From Chara braunii (Eukaryota; Plantae; Charophyceae): a DNA stretch of 64,000 nucleotides. This document shows positions 36,711-50,134 of the stretch, one piece after another (within the stretch, counting starts at the first letter, position 1; each line of letters opens with the position of its first letter). The notes under the pieces were generated by a model. The model saw nothing but the letters and a program-made list of their open reading frames with translations, was not told where the DNA came from and did no database searches. Position numbers and translations under genes: made by a program. The DNA lies in NCBI GenBank assembly GCA_003427395.1, contig BFEA01000005.1, forward strand, positions 4,539,414-4,603,413. Reading direction: 5' to 3'.

Positions 36711-39142
36711 GGTGGCGTCCTTGTCGGGGATCTCGGTACACTTTTAATGGTTTCCTTACCTTTGCGCTTCCTTTCTCTCCTTACTGTGATCGACTCCAAG
36801 ATTTTCCGTTTTGTTTTCTTCTTGTCTTTTCCCTAGCTATTTCTGACACCTAAGACTCTATCCCACCTCCTTTTTATAGGTCTTTCATAAGATTCTCCTC
36901 TCTCATAAGTGGACGGCCTAAACTCCTTCATGGACTCTATTGAGGGCTCTTCTAGAGGTTCTACATGTTTCTCCTCAACCTTCTCCTTTCCGTTCTCCTT
37001 CTTCATAATCAAGCGAGTCTCCTTGCTCTTTAAATGCTTTTAAACGAGCGCCGGACACCGGTTCCTTCCATCTAGCCTCATCCAACTCCTCTAGCAGGTA
37101 GGCCCGCCTTCTAATCTTTTAATCACGCAGTAGGGCCCCATCCATCTGTTCGCTAGTTTCTTTGTCCATGTTTTCTTCATAGCAGAATCATAGAGTAACA
37201 CTAGGCTCCCAATAGGTATTCCTGCCTACCTAACCATAAGGTTTTTATCCACATTTCTTTATTCTTTCCCCTTTGAATTTTCAGCTTTTCTATAATGTCC
37301 AGGGTGCTATTCTCGAGTGTCTCACCTATTTGTCTAATCCTATCACCTAGTAACTGCTCCCTAGTCGATACCTCTTTCTAGTCAATCTTCGGCCATGAGT
37401 CCATGCAGAATTCTATGGGTAAAGGGCAATGTCTCCCGAACCATAAGGTGTAGGGCGGGTACCGAGTGGTGGATCGAACAGTAACGTTATCTACTCAGAC
37501 TGCGAATCGCAGATACTTTGACCACTTCTTCTTTTTTCCCTTGCACCACATCCACTAGAGATTGGTGTCCCCTTTCAACAGGGGCGTTAGTTTGAGGGTT
37601 GTATGTCGTGGACAATGAAACTCGGATTCCCGCTCTTTGGAGCAACGTCTGGACTTCTTTAGCCATGAACTCGGACCCCCTGTCCATGACGATCTTCCGA
37701 ACACACCTGTATCGAGTGATATTTTATATCAGAGACTCACTAACCGCTTTTCCCGTCTTTTGACACAGTGCCCATGCTTCTACAAACCAAGTTAGGTCGT
37801 CTTTGATATCCATGATAAAATTCATTCCTCCTTCACCTTTGGGCATCTTGACTAAGTCCACGTGAACTTTCTGCCCTATCGCGGTCCGATAGGAAGGGAA
37901 CAACGACCTCTTGTATTTAACAGTGACTTTTTTATGACATTCCACGCATGTTCGGCAATAGGACTCTACATCTCTATATAAAGCATCCCACCAGTAAAGA
38001 TTCCGGACCTTCTCAAAGGTCCCTCTTACCCCTCTATGACCCCCAATGATCCCACCGTGAAGCTCCGCTATTATTTCTTTCTGCTCTCCCTCATCGCAAA
38101 CTATCCTCATCGGCATATCGTTCTTAGGTGGTCTCTTAAAGAGGTGGTCTTCCTTAAGACAGTACAACTGAGCTTTCTTCTTGAGCTTATCATCGACCTC
38201 AATCTCCTGTAAGATATTTTTCTATTTGGTAGTACTTAGCGGTACATAGGTTCTCTAGGAACAGAGAGGCACCACTAGTACATGGCTCCATCTTCAACGA
38301 ACCTATTTCCATCTGCAAAATCTTATCAATCCCTCCGGGCGATCCCAAGTTTCCTTCTTCCAGCGGGATCCACGACAGCCCATCCGTTACCGAGTTTTCA
38401 GCCCCAGATATCCGCTCAACGATATAATCGAACATCCTTCTGTGAATGAGCCACCTAGTTATCGTATGGTCTGTCAAAGAGAAGTATTTTTATAATACAG
38501 CAACTACCGCCCTTGGGTTGACCTGCAAAACGAATCTCCATCCGTAAATATAATGTCGAAAGACATTCAAGCGATGCAGCACCCCGAGAACCTTTTTCTT
38601 AAACTGTAAATATTTTTTCTTGGTGGTGTTCAATGTTTTACTCTCGAATCTAAGGGGCTTTTCCTTACCATTAGGGTTTTTTTGAGTCAAGATTCCATCG
38701 ACGGATGTCGTCCCAGCGTCGGTGCATACCACAAACGGTCTCTTCTCTTCATCCTCGAAATAAGGAACATCTAGGACTTGACCCCCTTCCTTAAACTCAT
38801 CCTTCAACACTTTTACCACGTCCTCTTGTTCATTCTTCCATTTCCATTATACCCCTTTACGTAGTAGCCTTCTCAACGGCTCTGTCTTTTCATCGTACCC
38901 TTTTATGAAATTCTTCCAAAACCCGACCACACCTAAAAATTGACATATGTTAGTAATATGTCGAAGCGGAGTAGGCCTGTTCATAAGTTTTTCTAGCTTT
39001 GACGGGTCCGACCGCCTGCTGTTTTTGTCACAGATATAGCTCAATATCCTGATGGAAGATACTGCCCACCTACTTTTGGTCCCACTCACCGTGAGATTCG
39101 CATCTTTTAGCTTCACTAGCACCTTTTTGATGTCGTCGGCGT

Positions 39143-40909
39143 CTGTGTGTCCAAACAACGGACAACGCGGGTCGTTAAATTTCGTTGAACCCCGTTGAAT
39201 CACCCCAGGGGCCCCACTGAATCCCGTTTAATGGAAAAACGGGGGTCTCCCGTTCAATCTGAAAAAACGGGATGGGTGCGTTGGGCCTCGGACAAGTGAC
39301 CCTATGCGCCCAAACAGTAAAAACAGGAAAAAAAAAAAAAGTTGACAGACAATACACAATGCCCAACACACAACCAACATGCCAAAGAAATATAGGAAAC
39401 ACAAAAAACGTTCCCAAAAAAGTTGAAGTATCAAAAAATAAACAACCGAAAAAAATAAAATAAAACTGATGATAGATTGTTTCATCGGAGTTGCACCGAC
39501 TCATCAGGAGGTTGAACCCTCAACAATCTACAAAATCTCCGTATTTGATGGTTTGGGTCATGAACCCTTTGACCCTTGTTGAAGGCAGACTGTCCCTAAG
39601 CGGAACATAGCAGCAGGCAACAACCTTGTGGAGCACCAGGCAACATAATAGAGGCAACACAGCTGCACAACGCCAAAAAACGACGGCAAGGAACGACATG
39701 GCACACAGGACATGCAGCGCAACAACTGTGTAGTGAAGCGCAAGGCAACACAAGCAAGGCAACCACACTGGAAGGGACGACAGAGCGAGTGGACCACCAA
39801 CCCGGCAACTGTGAAGCGATGCACAAGGAACTCGCAATAAGTCAACCACGAGCAAGGCCCGCAGGCAGCAACCACGGAAGGCACGGCCAGCGGAAGGGCA
39901 GCAAGGCAACGGAGCAGCGAAGCGCAAGGCAACACCAACAACACTGCCACACCACATAACGAACACATCAACTTGCAAAGAACCACATGTGAAGCAAGCG
40001 GGGCAAGCAGCAAGGCAGCGGCGAAGCGCAAACGAGGCCGTCCACACATCCAACACGGAGCAAAGCAGCGCATGACCTACTCACATCACGATTGAACCCC
40101 GCAGACTGTTGGTTCCCACCGCCCATTGAGCCAGGGATTCACTCCGACAAGCATCCGTCATCACCTACGGGCAACACAGACATCCCGAACTGAGCGGCCC
40201 CCATAAGAGTGCAGTCGACACTCCAAACGAGGAACCACCGACTGTTTGGCACTATTTAAGGGTGCTCAGTTAGGTAAGTAAAAATAGTTAGAAAAAGTAG
40301 AGGAAGAAATCAAGAGAAAGGAATTGGAAGAAAAACAGACAGCAAGAGGAAAAACAGACAGATATAAAACTGATTTTATGTGTGTGTGTGTGTTTATGTG
40401 TTTATGTGTGCTGTGTGTCTGTCGGACTATGTGTCTGTGTGTGTGTGCGTGTGTCTTTTTTTCCTTTTTTATTTGTTTCACTATGGTTTTGATTTTTTAA
40501 AAAATACCCGAAGTTCAAAAAAATAAAAATAAAATGTTGTTATAGATCTTTGAAAGATCTACAACCCTATAATTTTTATTTGTTTTTCTAGTTTTTTTTA
40601 ACCCTTAAAAAATCTATGTAACCCCCCCCCCAAAAAATACTCATGTCATTTTCTGTTTTAATTTTTTTCATTGTGCTTATGTTTTTATTTTTTTTTTAAT
40701 ATATTCAAAGATCAAAAAAAAAAAAAAAAAATATAGGGTTGCAGACCTCAAAACGATCTACAACCCCATATATATATATATCGTCACAAACAGAACTGCC
40801 CGGTAAACCGTAGGCAGAGAGAGAGAAGAGGACATATATATATATATACCTCGTTTGTTGTCCTCTTCTCTCTCTCTGCCTATGGTTTACCGGGCAGTTC
40901 TGTTTGTGA

Positions 40910-40948
<39 letters not shown>

Positions 40949-41079
40949 TTTTGGATTAGGTTTAGCCCAAGAAAAAAATCATTGCAGACCTCGTTTTTCC
41001 CTGTCTAACGGGCGTTTGAAAGGGGATTCAACGCGAATTCAACGCAAAACCCGTGTTGAATCCAAAATCGGACACACAG
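39143..41079. mobile_element. Non-autonomous hAT-type DNA transposon inserted in RT
   Basis: 10-bp TIR CTGTGTGTCC/GGACACACAG; 8-bp TSD GTCGGCGT (39135-39142) / CTCGGCGT (41080-41087); subterminal CGTTGAA repeats. Confidence 0.85.
40784..40909. repeat. 51-bp inverted repeat (MITE-like foldback) in a (TA)n tract
   Basis: Arms 40784-40834 and 40859-40909 with one mismatch; TA runs on both sides and in the loop. Confidence 0.9.
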
Positions 41080-43248
41080 CTCGGCGTGAGTTGCGACCAA
41101 CTTCCTTACTCTAGGCCTCACGTAAGTCTCATCCTTCTTGCACGACCCTTTGACCGGAAAGTCGTCTAAGAAAACTTCCACCAAATTAGGTATAAGCTCT
41201 CCCAGCACTGCCACCATCGCTCTCCGAAAGACTACAACGTCATTAGCCAATCCAATCGGCACCACCATCATCTGGATTAATCCCAATGACATGTGCATCG
41301 GAGTTAAGTGTCGGTCCCTATAGTTAAGCAGAATCTCATCGTATCCTGAGAAAATATCGCAGATGGAGCAAATCGAACGTCTAGCTGACCCTTCGGATAT
41401 AAAATCTACATTTGGAATGGACCCAACGTCTTTAACTGTGACTTTCTTCGTTTTCTGCAGATCTTGTATCCACTGCAACTTCCCATTTCACTTCTGTATG
41501 AAGAACAACCTGTTTGCATAGTCACTCTCACACAGTTCTGCTACGAACGTCCTGATTTTCCCCTTCAAGAAATCCACTATCATCTCTTCCTTCTAAGCAC
41601 ACTTCCACCCTGCGTTATTTCATGGTACATGCGGGACCTTATAGATTCTCGTGGGTTTAGCATATCTTGGATCTATTCCTCATCTCCGCGTCACAGAAAA
41701 TAACCGCCTTATCACATGCTCTTAATGTCTCTATTATTAGCTCTCTCTCCTCCTCAGTTATATTCCGATCGCCTATGTTCATTCCTTTCAACCTCTCTTC
41801 AATAATTCTTTGCCCTTCAGTAGCTATCATCTAAGTTATTTCTTCTTCGGTGATCCCTATTTCTCCTATCCTATCACGGCTAACCGCAACCGGTTTAATC
41901 TTTTGGGCTACAATTTTGTATCTTTTCCCCCCGCCGTGTGGGGGGATACCTCTAAAAAAAACAGGTTTATGCACCCTTCAAACTCATCGTCGTCGCTTTC
42001 CTTTGGGTAAACAGCCCCGTCTACCACATATTTGTCTTTCAAATCTTCAACCTCAATCCTCTTCTCTTTGACTTTATGAGGCCCTAGGGTGAGTTCCTCC
42101 GGAACCATTTGGTAACTCCGCGTCATTAACTGACCTTTACTCTGCAAGGAAACTTTGTGTCGTTTGTCAAATTCATTCACGGTTTTCAGTGTAACCCTGC
42201 TCCCCTCAGGCCCATCTATGGTGACTGTCTGGCTTCCATCCCGCTTATTCTCGGTGGTGGCGTTCACATGTGTCTACCAAGTCCTCCCAAGGATTAGCTC
42301 TGATGAACAATGTTCCACCGTGAAAACTGGCACGGTGGCCTCGACTCCAGCCACCACCACCCTGACCTTATGACATACTCCAAGCGCTGGTTGCCTCAAC
42401 TTGTTAACTGATACCATGGTCATGACAATGCTTCTATCCACTTCTAGTCCAAGCTTCCATGCCACCTTATCTTCGCAAACAGTAGATTTTGAACCATCAT
42501 CCACAATAGCCTCCATCCTGACTCCATTCACAGTGGCGTTTAGTTTTCCACTGCCAATGACGTAAAAGTAATTGCTCTCACCCTCAATAGTTTCTCTTTC
42601 TTTCTCTACCATTTTTTCCGTTGTTAATATAGAAGTCTTTGCATCCACTTTAGAGTCTTCGACGCCCGTCGTCTCTGGTAGTGACACTTTAGTTTTCTTC
42701 ATCATTCCTATCAGTTCATCTCTCGCGGGGCCACATCCGACTATGAACTCCTTAAGAGCAATGGGGATGAGCATGTCCATCGCTCTTCTTAACCGTTCTC
42801 TCATGTCTACTTTATCCAGTGTGTTTTTTAACTAGAACTTCTTAGACCCCCTTTTCCTAGGGGACATGGGCGACTTGGGCTACTCCACCTGCTCATCCGT
42901 CATTGGTTGGCCCGGGTCTTCTTTCTTCCCGTGACTCGACTTCCCAACTCCTTGGGTACAGACGAAAGTCTCGCTATCGCTCATCGCTTCCTCAAACTTA
43001 ATAGAGGAGACCCCTATTCTCGGGCTCTCGGGTGCTTCATCAATCTCATCTTCGAAGGTTACCCTGGAAACCTTCGTTGCCAAGGGTACCTGCACTTGTT
43101 TAGTCTTCACCTCGTTCATTCTTCTTCTTCGGATATTAACGTTAATTTTCATCGAAGGCAAGAAGGGCACAAGTTTCCCCTCATCTGCCCTCATCACACA
43201 TTTTCTATCATCTAATTCGATAATCTTTTTTTTTAGCGCGTCTAGTAT

Positions 43249-43286
43249 CTGTCTCTTATACACATCTAGATGTGTATAAGAGACAG
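43249..43286. other. Nextera mate-pair junction adapter (assembly artefact)
   Basis: Exact CTGTCTCTTATACACATCT-AGATGTGTATAAGAGACAG, flanked by a direct duplication 43084-43248 = 43287-43451. Confidence 0.99.
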
Positions 43287-44459
43287 GGGTACCTGCACTT
43301 GTTTAGTCTTCACCTCGTTCATTCTTCTTCTTCGGATATTAACGTTAATTTTCATCGAAGGCAAGAAGGGCACAAGTTTCCCCTCATCTGCCCTCATCAC
43401 ACATTTTCTATCATCTAATTCGATAATCTTTTTTTTTAGCGCGTCTAGTATGGCTTGACAATCCCTCTTTCTGCGATCTTCATCACCACAGTAAATGCAA
43501 GCCTTAGCATTACATGTCCGTTTTGGACTAGGGTCTCATTTTTCTCGCCCTTCAGGTCGCGGAGTGGCTCGGACAGGCAGTTCCTCCTTTTTCTGACGGC
43601 TATTCTTCAGTTTCTCCATCTTCGTTTTCAATGTCTCTATCTCCCTTGCCATTTAATCTTCTCGTTTTTCCGGTTTCCTGGCCTCTATCTCATCCCTAGA
43701 CTTCCACCGGTTGTCTTTGGTATTGGACCATTTAGAGGTTCTCCATTCCCCGTCATTTCTTTTCCAATCTTCTCGGTTCTCTTTCCTCCATTCGCCGTCA
43801 CTTCTACTAGGTTTCTCCTATCCTGTTTGAAGCCTTCCTCCCCCTCTTCCCGAAGTTAACCCCTTTCCTAGGTTATCGAGGACTTTTAGGATATATGTTT
43901 TAGCGCTCTGCCCCTCCATGTCGTGAGCTAAACTCTTTACTTGCGCAAACGTCACCCCTCTTAGAGGGTAGTTTCCTCACAATCATCTCACACCTCTCCC
44001 TCCGTAAGGATCCTAGGAATATTCCGCATCTTTCTAGTTCCCCCATAAATCCGCCATCCACCAGCGGGTTCAAGGCCTTCTCATATCTCCTCGCAAACGC
44101 AACCAGTTTTTCCTCCTCCTCTTTCTTCATTTCTTTCAGATCCTCTACCGAGTAGGAGATCTCATCACAAGCAAAGACTCTAGTAACCTTCTCCCTGAAC
44201 GTCAACCAACGACCATCGTCAGGAATGACGTTCCTTACTTTCCGGTCTATCTTTGGTGTCGTATAGTGGAGGAAGTTTGCAATCATCTCCTGGTCAGTCC
44301 ACTCTCCTTTTATTTCAATTACCTCTCAATCATCTAGGAATTTGAAGACATTCTTTCCTGTGAAGATCGTTTGGATCCCGGTCAACGCCGGCGGTTGGTA
44401 CACTTGGGGCCCAAAGAAAGGAGACACATAGAAGCCTGACTCGTACGCCATAGAGTAAG

Positions 44460-47400
44460 GGTTCCTTCAATAAGACTCACCGGGAACCTGTCTCCACGAC
44501 TCCCTAACTCTTGAATCAGTGAACCTAGGTGCTCTGGGCCTAGTCAAGACGTCTCTCCTCCAACCTTCGCCCTTTTCACTTCGCCCTTCCAACTCTTTGA
44601 CCCGAATCTCTAACTCTCTTTAGGGTTTCCTTAGGTTTTCAGTGTCGTTTATAGACTCCACACCCATCTTTCTCTCAGGGTTATTAGTCCTTGACTCTTG
44701 CGTTTTCACGTCACCCCCTATCGAGGTCAGATAAGCTCCCTCAGCATCCATCCTCCCTAACTAATTTCCCGATACTCGGTTCAAGGCAATTAAAATCCTC
44801 TCGATCGAATCCTCTAGTACTTCTTGCAGCGCTTCGAAGTCAGCGTCCTCTCCTTAAACTCTAACAACTAAAGCAGTGGTCAACACAACCTTTGAATAGC
44901 GCGAGTTAGCTTCCAAAGTTCTCAACGAAACACCGTCGACTATGTCATTAGAAAACTCTCTGAGGTCTCCGGCTTCCTCCCTTAGTTTTATTCTTGCCTC
45001 AGCTATGGTCTTCCGCCACTCTCGGAAAAACGTCTCTCCTTCAAACGGTATCGTGTAGATTTCAATTTTCGCCAATCGAAGTTCATCGGCTGCTTTCCAG
45101 ATAGCACATATCCTAACATCCCTAATAGCCTTTCTAGCGGATTCAGCTTCTTTCTCCTGGTTCATCTTCTCGTCATGTATCACTTCTACTCTTGCTCGCA
45201 CCAAGGAACCTTCTATCTTCGCTCCTCCAATGAGTTGATACTTTTTGTCCACTCCTCTACTGCTAGTTATCCCTTCTCTCTTTAGCCTCGCTACGGATCT
45301 CTCTTATTTCTCTAGCCAGAAACTCCTCCCTCCAGTTAATTATTTTTTCTCTTTCTTTGTTGTAGATCACAACCAATTCTTCAACTCCCTTTTCAAGCGC
45401 AAGAAGTCCTTGTTCATCTGTAGAACCGCACCTACCCTTGTACCCATCCACTAGCTACACTACTTTATCGTTTATCGGGTCAAGAAACAACTCAATGAGC
45501 GAATTAATATTCTCGTCTCTTCCTCTCACACGTAGAATCGTGCCTCTTAGACGGTCTCGTCCTTCTCCACCTCGTATTTCAGCCATCCCTGCGACCAAAC
45601 CATTACATGGTAGGTTATTTGTCTTTCGGTCACTGCTAAGGTAAGCAACCTACGCCGCTCTCGCTCAACTGCCTCCTCGGCCAAGCTGCGACAGCCACGG
45701 TCATCCAGCGACCTCGTCGTCAGAATCCGAATTATTGATGTTAATCTTCCCACAAAGGATACCCTGCTCACTTCCACCTCGTCAGTCGTTGGGCCCGACA
45801 TCTCCTTGTGTCTCAGTTGAATTTTTATCCTTCAACTCGTTTCCCTTAACTCTTTGTACGAATTCTATCACCGCCTCCCATCCATTTCTTTGCAGCGCAG
45901 TCAAACTCGGCTGGGGTTTCGGCATCCCTACGAAAGGCACAACATCCGTGCTCCAAACGTGGATTTCGCCCTCCCTTTCAATCTTATTTTCTCTTCCAAG
46001 ACGATTCCAACCGCTCGCTTCCAACAACTATTATACCATTCTTCCCTATATCTAACCTTCGGAATGTAGATCCCTGCATCATACTCGCGGAGGTCAAGGA
46101 AGTAGCTCGTTAATACGTAGAGACTATCATGTTCAAAATCAAGTTCCTTCATAATTTTATACCTTCCAATCACATAAGGAAATATTACTTCCTTATAAGA
46201 CAACGAGTTTAAGGAGTCTAAAAGCCGCTTGGTCTCTTCTTTGCTTAACCTGCCCGCCCCTCTCCCTCGTGGGAACCAAGGGCGGAATGGCAGTACGTGG
46301 CTCATCAAGCCTTTAGTTCTCTTGTTCTTTACAACCCTCAATATAACTCCCACTGTCCCTCTTTCGTCTCGAACTTCGTGTTCACCTTCTATTCCAAATA
46401 GGCCAGTGTCAAGATAAAGCTCGCCTCCTTGCCCCTCAACGCACGTGGCACCTCTCCTAATCTCTACTAATCCAGTTTCACGGCACCTTAACCTCCTACA
46501 GATCGAAGTTCCTAGCGAGCATAAGTCTTCGTGAGACCATGCTCTCAATAATCGGTGTAAGTCATTCGACTTCTTCCGAGCAAGCTCCCATTTTAGTCCT
46601 TCTCGAATTACGTTACCGTTATCGGATCGGGGATCACCATCTCTGACCATTTGCAGCCCTTTAATTTAGAGGTTCTCCTTTAATTCAATATTCACTATTG
46701 CAGTGTAGTACTCAATCACGTACAAAAAAGGCTCACCCAAAGTCGAGGGAGTCCAATTTTCTAATAAGGTTTCAATGGTTGGATCACTAGACGATGGCAA
46801 CCCCTAGTTTACCCCTTCTTCCCAAGAGAGTTTACTCGTTAAGAGTTACACCATTTCTAACCTTTGAGCTCATCCTGACCCTTAATCTTGGCCACTACTT
46901 TTTAGCACATCTTTCGATCTCAATCACATTCCTAAAATACCCTACCCTTTCCTTGAAAAAATCTCGTATGTCTTCCCACTCCTCAGGTCCCTCTTGCAGT
47001 TCTTCCCATTCTTCTTGGACCCAATCTTCCTCCCCGTATTCCTCCTCCTCGTCTTTTGGCTCTAGGATACGATAGTGCAAATACAACTCATATGGATCTA
47101 TGAGTGACCTTACTCTATCGATGCCGTCAATATCCCAACTTCCAAATAACTTTGTTAGTCCTGTCACGTATAGGGGTGGCTCTCGGATGGCCTTATCGAA
47201 GCTGATCCAAAACTCGACCGACTGATCTTGTCTAGGGGCTTCCCACAAACTCCTAGGCGAAGCCACTCTAATCAGTTCCACGAGCTCTAACCCCGCATCG
47301 CCGAATCTAGGTTACGTCTTCCACAAGGCGTAATACGCATGATGCTCGTCACTATTCCTCAAGAGCTATGTTGCACGCCCGGCCGCGGCCGGGGGGTCCA

Positions 47401-50134
47401 AGTCGGTCGCGGCCTAGGCCGATGGCCGAATAGGCCGGGTTCGGCCTAGGCCGACCAGCCGACTTCGGTGCAAGATTTTTATTGTTTTTTTTAATACATG
47501 AAAAAAAAATAAAAAAATATGGACGTGTAGGGCTAAAAAAACCCTACATTTCCATATTTTTGTTTTTGGAATCCGACTTTGTTTAAGATTTTTCAAAAAT
47601 CAAAAACTAAAATCGATTTAAACAAAATTAAAAAATATATATAAAGAAAAGCAGGATTTTTTTTTGGTCATTTTTTATCATGAGATATATAGTCCGTGAG
47701 TTTAGCTGTATTTTTTAAGAAATGAATTTATGTTTTTTTGCAGAAGTATGAGGTGTTTTGAAAAAATGCAGATGCAAAANNNNNNNNNNNNNNNNNNNNN
47801 NNNNNNNNNNNNNNNNNNNNNNNNNNNNNNNNNNNNNNNNNNNNNNNNNNNNNNNNNNNNNNNNNNNNNNNNNNNNNNNNNNNNNNNNNNNNNNNNNNNN
47901 NNNNNNNNNNNNNNNNNNNNNNNNNNNNNNNNNNNNNNNNNNNNNNNNNNNNNNNNNNNNNNNNNNNNNNNNNNNNNNNNNNNNNNNNNNNNNNNNNNNN
48001 NNNNNNNNNNNNNNNNNNNNNNNNNNNNNNNNNNNNNNNNNNNNNNNNNNNNNNNNNNNNNNNNNNNNNNNNNNNNNNNNNNNNNNNNNNNNNNNNNNNN
48101 NNNNNNNNNNNNNNNNNNNNNNNNNNNNNNNNNNNNNNNNNNNNNNNNNNNNNNNNNNNNNNNNNNNNNNNNNNNNNNNNNNNNNNNNNNNNNNNNNNNN
48201 NNNNNNNNNNNNNNNNNNNNNNNNNNNNNNNNNNNNNNNNNNNNNNNNNNNNNNNNNNNNNNNNNNNNNNNNNNNNNNNNNNNNNNNNNNNNNNNNNNNN
48301 NNNNNNNNNNNNNNNNNNNNNNNNNNNNNNNNNNNNNNNNNNNNNNNNNNNNNNNNNNNNNNNNNNNNNNNNNNNNNNNNNNNNNNNNNNNNNNNNNNNN
48401 NNNNNNNNNNNNNNNNNNNNNNNNNNNNNNNNNNNNNNNNNNNNNNNNNNNNNNNNNNNNNNNNNNNNNNNNNNNNNNNNNNNNNNNNNNNNNNNNNNNN
48501 NNNNNNNNNNNNNNNNNNNNNNNNNNNNNNNNNNNNNNNNNNNNNNNNNNNNNNNNNNNNNNNNNNNNNNNNNNNNNNNNNNNNNNNNNNNNNNNNNNNN
48601 NNNNNNNNNNNNNNNNNNNNNNNNNNNNNNNNNNNNNNNNNNNNNNNNNNNNNNNNNNNNNNNNNNNNNNNNNNNNNNNNNNNNNNNNNNNNNNNNNNNN
48701 NNNNNNNNNNNNNNNNNNNNNNNNNNNNNNNNNNNNNNNNNNNNNNNNNNNNNNNNNNNTTTTAATTATCGGCCGCGTTCGGCCGCGGCCGGGGGGTGGG
48801 CGGCCTAGGCCAGGCGGCCTCGGCCGTGGCTGAACCAGGCCGCGGCCTACGTGCAACATAGCTCAAGAGGCTCTGGACCTGCAGGAATGCCCAATGGACC
48901 TGAATTAGATGATCCAAACCCCCGAGGAATGCCTCTAAAATGAAAATCGCGATAGGAAGTCTCAACACCCCTTCGGATTGCGGCAAGAACCCTTCCCGGG
49001 CAAGGCGGAGGGAAACCACTACTGATTTAGATTCCCTGTCCCAACAGAGTTCCTTCTCCCGGAGTTTGGCCACCTCTTCCTGCAATATGTTTCAGACTGT
49101 TACATCGTCCTGCCAGGTATAAAAGTCGAGACTTGGCACTGTTCCTAGGTCCAGGTCCCTATGGCCTTGCTCAACCGCCTTGAGAATTATATCAGCTAAT
49201 ACAGAGGTTTGGTAGTAGAGGAAGCCTTTTACCACTAATGTCAGCGACTCCACTATTATTCTTCCCCTCCTATCCCGGTCGAATCCGACTGACGCTACAA
49301 CCAACAGCCAACCCCCCGGTCTTAACAGGATAGACCTCCAAGTCCTGTCCACCTTCGCCCTGTTAGGTGTCCAAATCGCCCTCCCAGGTAAGGTAAATTC
49401 CACCCAGTCTTCGTTAATGAATTCAAGCTCATTGTACCGGAATTGGCGGAATTCAACAGGGTACTCTTCACCGTGTTGAGGCATCTAGTCCTCTACCGGC
49501 TCTGCGTCCAATATCCTGGCCCTGTTAATCTCGCCTGTGGTCGCCCCTTCTCGTAACTCTGCTCTAATTCGAAAAAAAAAACGCCTTAATTCTTTGTGAG
49601 TAGGGACAACTCTATCCAGATAGCTCTCGTGAGCGTACCTACCAACCTCAAATGACTACCAACACTCCCAAAGATGAAACCGGTCAGGAACTTAGGGACA
49701 GTCGTAGCTCTAACTACCGTGGCTCGGGGAAACTCCCAGTCATACGCGTATCGGACCCTATACCGACCAATGGTATCCGGCCTCACTGAAAACTCACTAA
49801 ACAACTGCGAACCGTACCTACGGCTAAGAGATATCAGACAGAAGAGTGTCCGACAATGACTCGCAAGGTCTATCACTAGAGACCTGCACTCATCGGATGA
49901 GAAATATATTCTAATGTTCACCTCTGCAATAAGCGGCTCACTCTCTCTATCCCTTTTCACACAGGGTCCGGGTTGACAGTCGATCCTCACCCACAGAAAA
50001 ACTCCTCTTGCTATCAGCCCTTGCTCTCTGGTGGGTCTATACTTGCTTCTCCCTTCCAATGGCAGGCTCACGACATCAAACGGCCTTTCCTCATGTCTAA
50101 GATGGATTTGGGTGTTTGATTCAATAAATATCAT
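44460..50134 (-). pseudogene. Degenerate accessory ORF region between PBS and gag of the Athila-like element; unknown product
   Basis: Nine consecutive minus-strand, protein-like ORF pieces (49586-50134, 49092-49484, 48870-49085, 46895-47281, 45928-46650, 45782-46027, 45547-45801, 45263-45451, 44854-45252). Confidence 0.65.
47366..48861. mobile_element. Non-autonomous hAT-type DNA transposon spanning an N gap
   Basis: 12-bp TIR CTATGTTGCACG/CGTGCAACATAG; perfect 8-bp TSD CTCAAGAG (47358-47365, 48862-48869); GGCCGCGGCC subterminal repeats. Confidence 0.92.

Larger units (their letters stand above)
36860..44451 (-). mobile_element. Degenerate gag-pol of a non-chromovirus (Athila-like) Ty3/Gypsy element
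   Basis: gag from ~44451 with zinc knuckle CIYCGDEDRRKRDC; protease AIVDDGS; RT VEVFLDDF; RNase H VVCTDAG...PLRFES; integrase H..GGH...CRTCVEC, VHVDLVKMP, MDRGSEF, PQTNAPVERGH, GPY. Order PR-RT-RH-IN. Confidence 0.93.

Noticed and set aside
43249-43286. Tn5/IS50 ends as horizontal transfer
   Set aside because: It is the synthetic mosaic-end junction adapter of Nextera mate-pair libraries.
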